A stretch of DNA of 64,000 bases from Octopus sinensis. Taxonomy: Eukaryota. Below the pieces are notes generated by a model. The model searched no databases, had not been told where the DNA came from, and saw only the letters and a list, made by a program, of their open reading frames with translations. The number at the start of each line of letters is the position of its first letter. Positions within the stretch are counted from its first letter, which is position 1. The position numbers were made by a program, and so were the translations under genes. This document shows positions 1-11,972 of the stretch, piece by piece. Location: positions 44,454,001 through 44,518,000 of the forward strand of contig NC_043002.1 of NCBI RefSeq assembly GCF_006345805.1, read 5' to 3'.

Positions 1-1504
1 TCATAAGACTTTGATGACCACCTTGATAGAAACTTTGTACCGAGAGACGTAATTTATTTACTTAATAATTTGCGATCGATTTTCTCGTTCATCATCCACA
101 AGGAATACAAGACATTCAACAACGATATAAAACTATTGGTCAAGCCCTTTAAATTTCTTATATTTCACAAAACAAAACTCTTTTCAGGAAAATTATTTCA
201 ATGTTATGTTTTAGCAATTACATAAAATGATTTATTGCATAGAGGCAAGAACATGCATTTTTATAGGATATCTGCACTAATTATCTGTCGCAGAGGTATG
301 GACGTTAGGTCAGAGCCACTAGGATTTCAAATCCAGACCACAGCGAGATCGGTTAACTAAATACTATTAGACCAATTATATCTTTACACTATGCTAGACT
401 ACAAGTATGATATTTCATTTATTTACACCTCATATTTATAGGTAATAATACATTCATCATGTCTTACTTCTGACCAAGTGCAAGCTTTGGTCAGATTTCT
501 GCGACTTTCTTTTCTTTCATATCATTGTCTCTCGTTCGTTGTTTGCCTTTATTACTTTCCCCTGTTTCTATTTCTACTTCACCTGGTTATTTTTAGCACG
601 CTAAACAATAATTAACTCGGGTTACCACTAGATATTTTATTTTATGAGAACTTAGAAGCATATGAGGTGTTGATGTACTGTATGAAGCATATACATATAC
701 ATCTGGTTTTGGTCTTATGTGCATTTAAATCTAATATAAATATATATATAATATTTTTAAATTGATTTAAATTATTTGTTATCAATGCCAATTGATAGTA
801 TAATATACAAAACCAAGGATGTTATAGATACTGCAGTGATACATGAATAGTATAAAATTGTATAAAATTAAAGGAGTTAAAATGACAACGATGAAAAATT
901 GATATCGTTTTATTTAAAAATTAAACATTTTCTGTTTTACTATTTGCCTTACTATCCTCTGAGATCACTAAAATAATTCTTAGTACTACGCTCGACTCTG
1001 GTCATTTCTTTAAAATAATAACGTTCTCCTCAATGCATAAATTTATATTATTATACTGATAATGACTGTATAATGACAGACACGATAAGGCAGACTACAT
1101 TATACGTCACCGAATATTACATTGTAATTATAAATGCTACCATATTTGATTTTGACTATATTTAAATTAGGTCAATGAACTAGTCAAATATCAAGGAGCA
1201 ATTAATGAACTGAATAGTTTTTGTTGATAGCTGTGTGAATATATTTAAGTGATAATTCAATATCATGAAACTGACAATAAAAATATGTAAGAGTATAAAA
1301 TTATGTACACACATAGATATACACAGTCAACACATATACATAGATGGAAAACGCACATCATACCTACACATATACGACATTAAATATTATATTCAACATA
1401 CATCCATGAATATTATTCACATTCATAAGTTATCTCAAATTTTTTAAATGCGTGTCACTTGAAAAAGCCATTATTTATTAGTTCTCAAATAATCATAGTG
1501 TGTT

Positions 1505-1653
1505 TGATACACACATACACCACACACACACGCTCACACACATGCACACACACACATACACACACATCACAAACACACACAGACGCAGAGGACGTACAAA
1601 CCACACATATTACATATATTTGTTAATATATCAGTTTCTACATATATATATGA

Positions 1654-1707
<54 letters not shown>

Positions 1708-1870
1708 GCATGCACAGCCATATATACTCGTATATATATGTGCATACACTCCATGTATATATATATACCTATACACACATACATATATGTATATATTTAT
1801 GTATGTATACATTTATGTATGTATATATGTATGTATGTATGTATGCATGCATACATGTGTGCGTGCATAC
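1505..1870. repeat. Compound (CA)n/(TA)n/(ATGT)n microsatellite region
   Basis: Direct inspection; explains the HT/YI-rich ORFs here. Confidence 0.9.
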
Positions 1871-2289
1871 ATATTCAGAAACTAGAGAAATGCTTATTCT
1901 TTACTTTGAATCAGTTGAAGTTATTCATTATGGTTTTTTTCTTTAGATGTCTTCTCCTTCAACACTTCATTTTTAATTAGCAAAGTTTACTCGTTGACGC
2001 TAAAAGTGACAATAAGTTTGAACATTTTCCATTTAGAATAAACAGATTTTGCAAATATGTAAAGTAATCACTGATTCAATATAACTTTCTAATTTCTTGT
2101 TACTCGTTAGCACCAACATGATTAAACCCTCACATTTAAAGCTGGATTGGAACTACTACATGTTAGGAAAATCGAATAGGATTTAGTAAAATGGACCGAA
2201 CTAGAAAATAACATAATATTGTTTTGTTGTTGCATCAATAAAAAATCATTTCATATTCTTAATTTAAATGACGTATCAGAATGTCATAA

Positions 2290-2386
2290 TCTATATATAT
2301 ATATATATGTATATGTATGTATATATATATATATGTATATGTATATATATGTACATATATAAATGTATATATATTATATATATATA

Positions 2387-2431
<45 letters not shown>

Positions 2432-2751
2432 CATATATATATATGCATGTATACATGCATATATATATGTATTTAAATATATTTGTATACATATATTTAT
2501 ATATGTATTTAAATATATTTGTATACATATATTTATATATGTATCTATAGAGAGAGAGGTATATATAATATATGTAGAATATATATTATATATATATATA
2601 TATCTATATATATATATATATTCACATATATATATTATAATAGATGTGATGTATATAATATATACATATAAATATAATATATATAATATATTATATATAT
2701 ATAATACGTATATATAATACTTACATATATATATTTGTATATATATACATG

Positions 2752-2806
<55 letters not shown>

Positions 2807-2830
2807 ATATATATATATATATATATATAA
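2290..2830. repeat. Degenerate (TA)n tract containing a 40-bp tandem duplication (about 2460-2545)
   Basis: Direct inspection. Confidence 0.9.
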
Positions 2831-2902
2831 AGTGGACAACAAACCTTAAGACAAGGTAAACATCTCAAGTCATATACGTTATTTTTATTAGACAAAATTC
2901 AA

Positions 2903-2958
2903 ATATTACAGCTGTTTCTGGTTTATCCTAGTGATTGGGATACTCCGTCTTCAGACAC
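2903..2958 (-). ncRNA. Type I hammerhead ribozyme-like motif, near intact
   Basis: Minus strand: GTGT-CTGAAGA-CGGagTATCCcaatcactaGGATAaaCCA-GAAAC-AGCT-GTA-ATAT. Palindromic stem III (ACAGCTGT); first stem II pair mismatched; weak stem I. Confidence 0.55.
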
Positions 2959-3219
2959 AAATAGCGAAAAAGAGAAGGGTATAGATTAATGAAATGATGA
3001 AATAGGTGACAAGCGTAAAGGAATATGGAGATGAGGGGAGAGAGCAAAAACGGAGCATAAGGAATCATGCACTTATTTCTAAAACATGGGAAAATGAACT
3101 ATGAACTTTTATACTGGTTTTTTATTATCTCATTATTCTTTTTCTCATCTCCTTATTCCTTTACTCTTGTCCTCTATGTTGTCATTTCATTGTCTATAAC
3201 CTTCTCATCTTCCCTATTC

Positions 3220-3275
3220 GTCTCCGTTGGCGGAATATTCCATACTCTGTTATATCCCAGAAACAGCTGTAAGAC
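3220..3275 (+). ncRNA. Decayed hammerhead copy (core mutated)
   Basis: GTCT-CCGTTGG-CGGAATAT...ATATCCCA-GAAAC-AGCT-GTA-AGAC. Stems I and III are kept, but the CUGANGA box is degenerate. Confidence 0.3.
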
Positions 3276-3564
3276 GTTGAATTTTTTCCGATAATAATAA
3301 TGTATATGACTCGAGTTGTTTGCCTTGCCTTAATGTTTGTTGTTCTGTTCAACAATTATATATCCGCTATATCGGAAATCTGCAATGGCTCCATAACTAC
3401 CGTCTCGGCTACAATCTTGGAGCTCTGGTACCCTGTTACAGCACTTACCTAGCATAAGGAATCGTTTAGATCGCTGTGAACTAAACTCCCATACTTTGTA
3501 TACATTTATATATATATAACTGTATATATATATACATGCATATATACATTTATATATATACATG

Positions 3565-3637
<73 letters not shown>

Positions 3638-4224
3638 GTGTGTATTTATATATAAATATTTATATGTTTGTATGTGTGATACCTTGGTGAAATTATTCTT
3701 CGTCTTTCTTAAACTGTAATGTTACTGCTATTAATTAAGCTATTACTGCTATTAATTAATGTATTATAATGATTTATTATATCAGTAGCGTCTGATAAAT
3801 GTAGATTACACTGAATGATATCATTGATATATTTTTATGCATATGACATCCATTTTCAATGATTATTTTGTAGTAACTATATGTCTCTTTATTTACATCT
3901 AATTACAATAATATATTTTGAGTGCAGATATGTTCAATATACTTCTAACAATAATTACCATCAGTAATGTCCTCTACTAATATTTTTTTCTAACAGTATC
4001 TATTCAATATACAGAAATACGTTCAGCAGTAACTTTTCATTAAAATGAAATTATGTTCTTTTTCAATATCATCATTTTTTAATAATATATATTTTCTTTG
4101 ATAAAAGTATATTAAGCACCGGTTTTTGTGTTTTTGTATGGAGCACCAGCGGTTGATGCACTTATAAGCCAGCATCAAAAATATGTTGTGTAACAAAGGT
4201 TAAATTCAACATTTTCAACTATAT

Positions 4225-4230
4225 TTTATT
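4225..4230 (-). promoter_or_regulatory. Candidate polyadenylation signal (AATAAA) of the GPCR
   Basis: First AATAAA on the minus strand, about 70 nt after the TGA. The hexamer is common by chance in AT-rich DNA. Confidence 0.25.
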
Positions 4231-4299
4231 TCAGAAGATCTATAGAAGAAAGGGTTCTATTTTAATTCCGTATGATGCAATATTTAATAATGTATTTTA

Positions 4300-5361
4300 T
4301 CATTTTACCGTGTTATTAATCTGATTTGTTTGAGATTCTAGCTTCCATTTATTCGAACACCACATTGGACACCAAGTACAATCCCTTAAAAACATTTTAA
4401 CGAAGGTATCTCGAAATACTTTGCTCATAGTACAGTAGAGTACAAAATTACATGCTGAGTTGATTGCCAATAGAGTGTCAGTTATTTCTCTGATTCCTCT
4501 TACTAAGTTTGTTTCATCGTAATAGCCAAATCCAAATACTGTCGACATGATAGCATCTGGAGTAATGCAAATAATAAATACTATCACGACAACGATTAAC
4601 ATTAAAGTAATACGGTTTCTTGAGGACAATTTCTTACCTGGGACACGTGATTTTCTTAACTCGTGGACAATTCGAGCATTCAAGAAAACTAATATAAGCA
4701 AAGGTAAAAGCGTTCTCAAGCAATTTTGTACCCATGTATAAGGAGTCATAAAAGCATCATTTCGACCCAAATCAGTTAGTTCCACATCGTGGTATGAGTC
4801 ATTAGTATTAGGTCGTAGCCGTATAACAGTTTTATATCGAAGGGCTGACGGAAGTGAGAATATTATCATAAATATAAATACAAATGTGCTCACAATGCGA
4901 GCTCTAAAAACAGTACACATCTCTTTGGCTCTTGTTGGATGGCATATAGAAATATAACGTTCAAATGCAACCGATACTGTTAGCCATCCCGTTATGCAGA
5001 GAGATAAATTAAATAAATAGTGGGCGTATGGATAAAGTCTTGAAAGGGATTCATCACCTTTATCGGGATTCCATGTCTTAATGAGCAAAACAATGAAATA
5101 CAACGTGTCATTGATCAACTTTATCAGATCTCCAACAGCAAGTGCTGAGAGATAGACATTAGTTGATGTAGCTAAATCTTTGTGAGAGAGAACGACCAAT
5201 GTAAGTATATTGCCAGTTATGCCGAAAACGCAAGTGATTGGGTAAACAATAAGTCCAGTAATGTATTGAGCCATATGATAAAAGTCTTCATGGTTAGTAT
5301 CAGTGCTGTTTGGTAGATGTTTAATAAAACTGGACTCTAATGTTGAAGTCACAACCTCCAT
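4300..5361 (-). CDS. Class A (rhodopsin-like) 7TM GPCR, FMRFamide/sex-peptide/myosuppressin-receptor-like, 353 aa, single coding exon
   Basis: Uninterrupted ORF with seven hydrophobic segments. Motifs: TM1 GN (GNILT), TM2 LAVGD, TM3 ERY followed by ICHP, TM6 CITPD, TM7 NSACNFVLY plus helix 8 (SKVFRDTF). The NSxxNFxLY and ERYxxICHP combination is typical of the FMRFamide-receptor-like group. N-terminal NST glycosylation sequon. Confidence 0.95.
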   Translation of the reverse strand: MEVVTSTLESSFIKHLPNSTDTNHEDFYHMAQYITGLIVYPITCVFGITGNILTLVVLSHKDLATSTNVYLSALAVGDLIKLINDTLYFIVLLIKTWNPDKGDESLSRLYPYAHYLFNLSLCITGWLTVSVAFERYISICHPTRAKEMCTVFRARIVSTFVFIFMIIFSLPSALRYKTVIRLRPNTNDSYHDVELTDLGRNDAFMTPYTWVQNCLRTLLPLLILVFLNARIVHELRKSRVPGKKLSSRNRITLMLIVVVIVFIICITPDAIMSTVFGFGYYDETNLVRGIREITDTLLAINSACNFVLYCTMSKVFRDTFVKMFLRDCTWCPMWCSNKWKLESQTNQINNTVK

Positions 5362-5389
5362 CCTTCTTACTTCAAGTACCAGATTTTTT

Positions 5390-5408
5390 CCTGAAAATAA
5401 ATATAGAG
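5390..5408 (-). promoter_or_regulatory. 3' splice acceptor of a 5'-UTR intron of the GPCR
   Basis: Minus strand reads ctctatatttattttCAG|gaaaaaatctgg. The intron ends at 5391, 29 nt upstream of the ATG (5361). Confidence 0.65.
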
Positions 5409-7939
5409 ACTTTTAGGTACACAGAAATCGATTCGATTGCTTAAAATGTTGCTACATTTGAAAAGAATTAAATTGTCATTGTAACTACATATAAGTATTT
5501 CTTTCTATTACTTGTATGAAAACCCACTCGTTTTATAAAATTAATTTTTTTAATATTTTAATTTTCTCCTATTTACTATATTTATATAAAAAAATGTAAT
5601 AACTATGAGGAACAATCAAGCCTGAAATGAAATATTTGTATTTTGCAGAATCGGTAAATCCTACGCCCGAAGAGATTTTCAAAATATAGACAAATGTTGA
5701 ATAATATATGCAATCATTGCCACATGGACAAATAGAAAGATGATAATATACAAAGCGTTGATAAATAGTATACAAATATGCTGGTGTCCCATTTTAGAAA
5801 AAAATATTATGCTAACATTTACAAGCTCAGAGATAAAGATTTAAAATTGATTATGTAGATTTATATTAAAGCTTATATTAAAAACATTAGCTCCTAACAT
5901 AGGTGCAACGCTTTAACTTTAAATGTGTAATCGATTTTAGAACTGACTGGTGCTTTTTCTACCGAGTTAAATATCATTAATAGGATACGGATTCTGACAA
6001 ACAGCACAAAAATTTATTCAAATTTGTAGATAGACTATTATACGACTTTAATTCGGGTAAATAGGAATCGTCGTAAATTTATATTGCACAGTGCTACGTA
6101 AAGAGTACAACGACTCAATTATAAAGAACGTGATATGTGGGGAAAAAAGTTAAACTTCCCAAACATATTGTGACAAAATGTTCAGGGTTCACAAGTAGAT
6201 TTATACTTACATTTGAGATTTCGTGCTTAGTTTGCAAAGTTTGCATTTGCAGAGAAGTCTCACCATGATTAGTAAAACACTATTATTAGTCTCCCCATTA
6301 TTAGTATAACAGATCACAACACTAAGCTCAATAAAAAAGAACGTTGCAGTTTTTGTGAATTAGGTATTTTTATCCAGCTAGCCGAAACAACATTTTGCGA
6401 ACACCAGAGTTATAAATATTTTCTGGTCTAAGCATGTCCGTTGCCTGAGCATGAACACTTGTATGGAAGACATATATTTTCATAAGGCACATGTATATTG
6501 AGTTGTGTATCTTAAAACAAGGGATTAATTGCCAAACAAGCCTATGGGTACAATTATTTTGCCTTGGATTAAATATTTAGATTTCTAAGTGCAGAATTAT
6601 AAAACTTGAATAAATTTTTACAGCTACGCTTTTATGCTGCTTTCGTATTTCATTAGTTGTTTGCGAGGTTTATCACGTAGGTTATTTAAATTTATATCAA
6701 AATACTATGGCATACCTTCAGAGACTTTCTTTTGTTTGTACTTTCATATTTCAGTAAATATCGTTCAAAACATGTGCATGGCTTTTCTTGTAACCCCACG
6801 GAGTTTAGGACGCCTTTGTACTTCTCAAAGTTGAAATCTGTAAACGTGAAACATTATATGTATATCATATATGCAGTGGAAGATATTTCTTTTTGTAAAT
6901 CCTTGCGTTGTGTAATAACAAATTCAAAGTAATTTAATAGTAACACAAAAGAAAATTCAATATTAATTTCATAATGATATTTAAGAAATTGTGTGTGTTT
7001 GTGTGTGTGTGTGTGTGCATTTATGATGAATGAAGCAAACGTCACAGTACGCAAATATGTATTAAGTAAACGTCATGATTCGGACACGAACTATGAACAC
7101 TAGATTTGTGCCTCAGCATGTAGGTTTATACTAAAGAAAGTACGTACCGCACTAAGATTTTTGTTTATTTAATAATTATTTTGAATCTTACAGATTACTG
7201 CGTCAGATGTCAGAATTTTTTTTTATTTTTAGTTTATTACATCATTTATAAGAATTTAGAGACTAGATGTCGTCAAAATGATCGCAGGATAGTTAGTGTA
7301 TTTGCACGCCACTATCAGAAATTGTCGCATGATTTAACCATAAGGAATGCCAATGTATATCAAGCTTTCATTTACTAATTTAATACTGGCAGTCATTAGA
7401 AGTGGCATTTAACAACAATATTTATAGTTGCAGTAATGCATAAAATGTAGTAATTCTTGGAGACTACAATTTTTGTGGTTATTATTACAAAATTACTTAT
7501 ATATATTCCTATATTCCTCTCCTCATGATGAGAACAATATCTAAAAATTTTAATATTTTTGAAGTTTTATCACATAATAGCAAATTTTCAAGCGTAACCA
7601 TGCCTTTGAAGAATTCATTTAATCGTGAGAAGACCAACTCAGCACAAAGCCCGTAGATTGGCTCCTTCAGTTATAGTAATTGATCAGTTGCTGATTCCTT
7701 TGCAGTCAGAGTAGATAATTGAAGGCAATTTTTCAGGAATATTGATACATCTAGTGAGCGATCTCTCTTTATATCTGACCTTAATTTAATGATAGGTACT
7801 TCCTGATGGACTTGAGCCTCTAACTGCCTCGCAATTTTCTTGTCCTCTGAGACCATTGTGGATACAATACTTAAACGTCTGGACTAAAAATTTGCACTTA
7901 TTAAGGAGGTATTACCTCAGCAAGATCTTTAATAGCGAA

Positions 7940-8260
7940 GAAAAGCCGGGGTAATTTGTTCAGTCAGGGTGATTTGTTCATATATATATTCTAGAACTAG
8001 TGTTAAACTTTTCAGACGACAACAAGATCGGACGGATAGTTGGGTCATCCTTATTAACATGCAACATCAGTTTAAGTTGGAAAAAACATGAAAGAAGTAA
8101 ATCAAATGTAGAAGAGATTGCAGCTAGAAATTACAGTTGACACGAGAAAACGCTCACAATAACAAAATATCTATTATTTGATGAAGATAATGCTTGACAG
8201 CCTTAAATTTATACGCATCTGTTTCTGCTATGCAATTAATTTTCCCAGCGAAATTAAAAG
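7940..8260 (+). mobile_element. Possible CR1/L2-type reverse transcriptase relic
   Basis: Frameshifted SVKLF/SDDNKIGRIV resembles the CR1/L2 KLFADDTK motif; very decayed. Confidence 0.3.
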
Positions 8261-8699
8261 AATAAGAATGCAGTGTTAAAGGCTCTCGACGGCAGCTTCA
8301 GCAGCATTCGCTTTAACGATAAACGGTGAATATTAATCTACTTTAAACTTAATCTCTATGATTGCTGTTTTTAAGTCAATGTTTGTCATCACAGTTTCTT
8401 TTGAAAGTGGAAACTTAGCAACATTAATTGAAGCTTTTGTTTTCTCAATGAAACCCATCGAGAATATTACGAAATAGATTCACCCGACGAGATAAAAAAA
8501 AAAACTCTGTTTATTAGTAGATACAGGTATATCTTTAAGAAGAATTTTTTTACAAGAGGTTCGCAGTTCTTTATAGCTAATTTGATAACCAAGAAAAAAT
8601 CACTTCAGTTAAACGTGTACGTTTGTCGTAATATTATGACTTAATATTAGATTGAAAAGAAAGTCCCGACCAGTTTAAAAGAGAAAGAAATAGAGAAGT

Positions 8700-9680
8700 G
8701 ATATATTTAATCAAGATAATACTTTCCCTCATAATTGATAGCATATTCCCATCTATTGGCAAATTAGAGCTTCTCCTTTAAATAATGTTGCAATAATCTG
8801 AAAAGATAATTGTCAGGTGGAGCAAAGTCAGGTGAATAAGAATAATGCCGCAAGACTTCACTTTAGTATTTAGTGTTATAACCTTTCCTCAAGTGATTTG
8901 GTCAATATTAGGTCCTGCATTATTTCGCAATCTTTGTACACTGCTTGCAATTAACGGCAGTATATCTCCGCATTAACTCTTTCGATTGGTTTTAACACGT
9001 TATAAGAGACGGCACTATTCTTACCCCACCAAACACACAGCGTAACGTTTGAGGGTGTAGTCCCGGTTTGAGAAAAATGAACATTTTTTATTGGCTGCTA
9101 GCTACTGTCGTATTCCTTGGATATGATTATTGAGAGCCTATTCACCAATACTTGTGATTACTTCTACCCACGAAATTTTAAGTAGCAAGTTTTCCCTTCA
9201 ATGACATATAGAGCGCTACTCCTTGATTACGCTTCGAAACAGTCAGAGGATGAGCGGATTACTAGATTAAATTAGATGCTTTTCTTAGTTCATGAAGGTG
9301 TCTTATGATCTAAATGGGACTTTCACTCCTTTCCAAATTTTCATGCATTTTGATTTCGATTTTCCTTAAGTAGGGTTTTTGAAGCTCAACATCAAGAGAA
9401 AATGTCATCAAGAGCGAGGCGAATATGTAACAGAAAAAAATACCGAGCGAAACTGATCAAACGTTGGCATATCAGATCAATAAAAGCTTCGTTTCCATAG
9501 ACAAGACGAATATTTCTTGCTGCATTCATTGCTGAAGAGCACTGTTTAAATTCATGCATTATGCAGTGTCGGATTTGGATTTGACCTAAACACGTTTTAA
9601 AAGGGTAAAATTGATACAGGTTTAACCAATATAGTTTAACCACCATGTATTAGGATATGAAAATTTAATACACGTTTTAC
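8700..9680 (-). mobile_element. Decayed, near full-length mariner transposase
   Basis: In order on the minus strand: QIRHCIMHEFKQCSSAMNAARNIRLVYG (N-terminal HTH), IRHLHELRK, KPGLHP, LCVWWG, NAEIYC, YSPDFAPPDNYLF (mariner YSPDLAPxD motif). Many stops and frameshifts. Confidence 0.75.
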
Positions 9681-10387
9681 TGTGAGTATTGAAAAGGTAT
9701 CATAAAAGTAACCTCCTCCAAAATTTCTAACCTAATATATTTACGGATAACTTTTATGAATTTTGATTTTTTTCTGTCTGCTCCGGTTTGGTCTCATCAT
9801 GCAATATATAAGGATTCCATCTGAATAGATGTATTTGTTTTCCACCTCGATTTCACGAAAACCTATAATTTGTTGGGCATGCTCGTCATAATGTGTAAGG
9901 TTGAAATTACTACTTTCAAACTGAAATAGTTGACTGTGATAAATATTTTATCGTTGTAATGCAACGCAAGTTATATACGTGCTACACGGTATCAATTGTA
10001 CTAAATATCTATTTAAGAAGATATAGAGAGCATTTGCCCGCTGAAATATTGTTCACAGAGTAAACGAATAAATCAATTTTAGCAAAGATAAAAAATACAC
10101 TTTTACAAAGATAATGGAACCAATTGTAAAAGGCTGGAACTTGCAGACTGACAATCGTTAAACGTTCAACATACTTATATTTTATCCAGCTGGACATCTT
10201 ATAATAAAGATATTTAAAGAAAGCCGATTTTAGTGTATTGTAGTCATTAATTCTTTTTTATTATACTTAACCTACTGCTTTTGTGAGAGAGTTTAACAAC
10301 TGAAGTATAAATCTCCCGTAGTACATACATAAGGTCATAATGAGGAAAGGGCGCAGTAGGTGATGTGAGGCACAAAAATAAATGTGT

Positions 10388-10540
10388 GGTTCTTATATGT
10401 ATATCTACCACGTAGAATTGAATAGTTCGCGAGATTCATGTATATCTGAGTACCGCATAAAATGCAGTAGCTTCTATGATTCTTGCATATCTATCTATCA
10501 CATTGAAGGGAATAACTTCTGTGATTCCTGTATTTCTGTC
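10388..10540 (+). repeat. Degenerate 45-bp tandem repeat (about 3.4 units), indel-free and in frame
   Basis: Units start at 10388, 10433, 10478 and 10523 and translate as GSYMYIYHVELNSSR / DSCISEYRIKCSSFY / DSCISIYHIEGNNFC / DSCIS. Confidence 0.7.
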
Positions 10541-11483
10541 ATCAAAATGCATGTCCATTTACTACTTAGAATACGTCCTGCTTTGTTTTACATTGCTTGA
10601 CTCTAAGTCTCTCTACAACAAACTACAAAGGAATAGTACACTTTAGGACATCGCAGGCCACACGCAGACGGTATCAACAGTTCACCTATACAAAAATATT
10701 TTTTAAAATACACAAATTTTTAACGCTAACGTTGTATGCAATATGGATATAATTTGTTACTACGACATACTCTATCCTTCATAGTCCAAACACAGCATAT
10801 GTCTTAATTTATTAACTGTAAATCTTCAGAAGTGACCAAGGAGTCTAGATTTTTGTGCGTTGATATGTATCAAACATAATAAACGTAATTCTATAGACGA
10901 GAGAGATAGAGAAGTGGGGCAGAGTAATATAAATGCTGCGAAATTGCTGAAGTTCTATATCAAAGCTATTACCAAAGAGATATGGGGAGGCAGACTAGAT
11001 GAAATGAGGGGTCTGAATGACAAAATACATCACAATATTTATTTACGAATTTTTACGTTATTTAGTTGAAATACCTCTGAGGTCCTCTTTGCATTTCATT
11101 TCCCAAGGCGGATAAAATAAGTACCAGGTAAAAATCGAGTTCAATCTAACAGACTGTTCCTTACTCCAAAATATGTGACCTTTTAATATTTTGGAAATCA
11201 GTTATCGAAGATGTTTGCATTTAAATATTTTTATTTTACAACGAGACATTATGTATTAATGCATATCAAATAACGAGCAGTCATTGACAGGCTTCTCGAT
11301 TTTCTGTAACAGTCCCAGGCTGCATTTGTAGCCAAAACTACTCACATTACCTATTTCACACTGATAAAACTTAATAAGTGGCGATTTTCTTGATTTTTTC
11401 CCTTATAAAGTTGTTTGTTATTAATATTTTCTTTACATTAAAAATAAATAGATTATTAACCCTTTCATGAATAAGTAAGTATA

Positions 11484-11486
<3 letters not shown>

Positions 11487-11574
<88 letters not shown>
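11487..11574. repeat. (TA)n microsatellite
   Basis: Direct inspection. Confidence 0.95.
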
Positions 11575-11576
<2 letters not shown>

Positions 11577-11613
11577 AAAAAGGAGATGTGGAACACGAGT
11601 TGTGATATATAAA

Positions 11614-11934
11614 AAAAGGAAATGAAGAAAATGCTGACAAAATAATTTAAGTAAGGGAGAGTGTATTTAATTAGGTGAAAGTTCTTTTTACCGGTTGCGC
11701 ATTTGTTATGCTTATCAAAAGATATTTTTTTAAGAGAGATAGAGTTCCTTTCTGATAGATTTTTTCTCTTATCAGATAAGAGAAAAATTCTATCAGAAAG
11801 GAACTATATCTCTCTTTAAAAAATATCTTTTGATAAGCATAACAAATGCGCAACCGGTAAAAAGAACTTTCACCTAATTAAATACACTCTCCCTTACTTA
11901 AATTATTTTGTCAGCATTTTCTTCATTTTCTTTT
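11614..11934. repeat. Near-perfect 321-bp palindrome (160-bp arms, 1-nt centre at 11774)
   Basis: ...ctcttatc-a-gataagag...; about 4 mismatches and no net indel; (TA)n tracts on both sides. Confidence 0.95.

Positions 11935-11972
<38 letters not shown>

Larger units (their letters stand above)
2832..3346. mobile_element. Diverged inverted pair of about 200-bp hammerhead-bearing units (PLE pseudo-LTR-like)
   Basis: The reverse complement of 2832-3035 aligns with 3143-3346 (roughly 70% by eye). Both arms carry GAAAC-AGCT-GTA; the pair abuts (TA)n. Confidence 0.65.

Noticed and set aside
1500-2895. Multiple ORFs of 75-150 aa rich in YI/HT/CV (also about 21.5, 34.2, 40.6, 44.6, 58.8, 60.0 and 63.0 kb)
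   Set aside because: Stop-free translations of TA/CA/TG/GATA microsatellites; no coding evidence.
7660-7900. Possible Tc1/mariner C-terminal relic
   Set aside because: Similarity is too faint to support.
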